In this document: piece after piece, positions 34,790-36,441 of the stretch
Layout: each line of letters begins with the position of its first letter
Position numbering within the stretch: the first letter of the stretch is position 1
Source of the DNA: a virus
Taxonomy: Duplodnaviria; Caudoviricetes
Virus record (IMG/VR): IMGVR_UViG_3300030397_000677
Location: 1-36,441 of that record
Reading direction: 5' to 3' (one strand)
Length of the DNA stretch: 36,441 nucleotides
The notes under the pieces: model-generated
What the model saw: the letters and a program-made list of their open reading frames with translations, nothing else
Database searches by the model: none
Told to the model about the DNA's origin: nothing
Translations under genes and position numbers: made by a program

Positions 34790-36235
34790 ATGTCGGGAAA
34801 TCCAAAATTAAAAAAATTGTCGCCGGAAGCATTTAAGCGTTATGCACGAACGGCGAAACGTCTTGGCGTTCCAAAAGATACCTTTCAAAGATTCCACAAA
34901 GCTCGGTATGTAGCACAAGAAAAACAATTAGAGTTTCACGCATCCGCAAGATTGGCGGATAAAATTCCGGAACTTGTCGACATCGGATACGGCGGAGCTC
35001 GCGGCGGTGGAAAAACTTATGCAATTTTCGCACAAATTGCACTTGACGACTGCCAACGAGTTCCAAATCTAAAAGTTTTATATTTGCGAAAACACGGCGG
35101 AGCAATTTCCGAAACGCTGGACGAATTGGCAAAAAGCGGATTGCTTGCAAACATCCCGCATAAAGCATCCGGTCGCAAAATCAAATTTGCCAACGGCTCG
35201 CAAATCATAATCGGGCATTTTCAATATGAAAAAGATATAAATAAATATCTTGGTCAAAACTACCAAATCATCGCCATCGAAGAGGCGACGCAGTTATCCG
35301 AATCAAAAATAATAAATATCAAAACTTGCAATCGTGCGAGCCGTCGTATGAATTTCAAGCCGAGAGTTTATTATTCGACGAACCCCGGCGGAGTTGGACA
35401 TCAATGGTTTAAGGATAAGTTTATCGTTCCTTTCCGTGATGAAAAAAGCGGAAAAAAACAAACAACGACTCGTTTCATTCCGGCGACTGTCGATGATAAT
35501 GCACAAATCGACGAAAATTATATTAAGAATAATCTTGATACTTTGGTCGGTTGGCAGTTAAAGGCTTGGCGTTTTGGCGATTGGGATGTTTTTGCCGGAC
35601 AATTTTTCGACCGTTTCAAATATGATGAACACACTTTCGATATTGATAAATCAATTTTTGCGGATTATGAATTGCCGACTCGTGATATCAGAATTTGGGG
35701 GTCGATGGACTGGGGATTTCAGCACTACAATACATTTTATCTTTTCGCAAAATATGACGGTATGCTTTACACGCTCGGCGAAAGTTGCAAGCGACAAGCA
35801 AATGCCGAAGAGGTTGCAAACGGTATAAAAGAAGTCGTGAATCAATTTTCTTTTCCCGACGGCGAAACTTTAGATGTTTTTGATTTGGAAGATATTGTCG
35901 CCGGATCGGATGTTTTTAAGTTTGACGGCGAGCGTGGAACGACTCTTTCGGACGAATATGGCTTGCACGATATAATCTTAAATCAAGCAAACCAAACAAG
36001 GCTTGCCGGAGCATCAAAAATTTATTCATTACTTGGCGACTCAAATCAAGGCAAGATAAGCCGTGTTAGAATTTCACGTAGTTGTCGAATGTTAATCAAA
36101 CAACTTCCGGCGATGCTACACGACGAAAAAACGCCGGGCGATGTAAAAAAAGTAAATGTTGATGAATTTGGAAAAGGCGGAGACGATGCTTATGATGGTT
36201 GGCGTTATGGCGTGATGGAGTTTGAAGATTCGGTC
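34790..36235 (+). CDS. terL: Terminase large subunit
   Basis: Walker A GGARGGGKT, Walker B IAIEEAT, STNPGG, nuclease GSMDWG and DDAYDGWRY. The true end is probably SVGLY* as read at 100-117. Confidence 0.95.
36131..36235. repeat. Terminal direct repeat copy 2
   Basis: Identical to 1-105. Confidence 0.95.
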
Positions 36236-36402
36236 TTGGGATTAAATATGTAAATGCTTGCACGAAACATTTTGTTGATAAATTTGGCTATGAAATAAGA
36301 GCAAAGGGTTCACACTCCGCAATGTTTTACTCAAGAATAAATGATGAAAATTGGGAATTGTTAAGGGTTCGGCGAACGTTTGGCTCAATTAAAAAAAATC
36401 AC
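36229..36402. repeat. Second copy of 33408-33581 (GNAT internal segment), likely chimeric contig end
   Basis: 174-bp direct repeat with one mismatch (33427 T vs 36248 A), joined through shared TTCGGTC. Confidence 0.85.
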
Positions 36403-36441
36403 AACAAAAAAAGAGGCAAAAAAATAAAATGGACCCAGAAG

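Noticed and set aside
334-35845. Many short antisense or alternate-frame ORFs in the track (e.g. 10663-11124, 13378-13773, 32757-33257)
   Set aside because: They are shadows of well-supported genes with no motifs or start signals.
33408-36402. Template/variable repeat pair of a diversity-generating retroelement
   Set aside because: There is no reverse transcriptase, only one mismatch, and the copy sits at the contig end.
1-36441. tRNA, rRNA, integrase, transposase or intron/intein
   Set aside because: None recognised. Intergenic gaps are short and core proteins have no unexplained insertions; a covariance-model search would be needed to exclude small RNAs.

Overview
The window is an apparently complete, circularly permuted genome of about 36.13 kb from an AT-rich tailed phage with an HK97-type head and a long non-contractile tail. 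Bases 1-105 repeat exactly at 36131-36235, inside terL. The last ~200 bp look like a chimeric contig end, because 36229-36402 copies 33408-33581. Gene order: portal-MuF fusion, prohead protease, major capsid, two fibre/adhesin-like insertions, head-tail joining genes, tail tube, tail chaperone with a probable +1 frameshift, tape measure, Dit/tail tip, an M15 endolysin with five membrane/envelope genes, a leftward operon (SWIM protein, small ORFs, DUF5131), a divergent HTH regulator, and a replication initiator with internal iterons and a DnaA domain I-like C-terminus. No integrase, polymerase, helicase, tRNA or CRISPR array was recognised. The most interesting region is 30390-34404, directly upstream of terL. 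It holds two paralogous ParB-like proteins, an amino-methyltransferase interrupted by one in-frame TAA, an ABC-ATPase/GNAT (Mom-like) gene split by a -1 shift at a T9 run, and an ASCH domain fused to a small-terminase-like protein. Together these suggest a candidate 'write a DNA mark, read it during packaging' system. All family assignments come from motif recognition by eye; no database searches were run.
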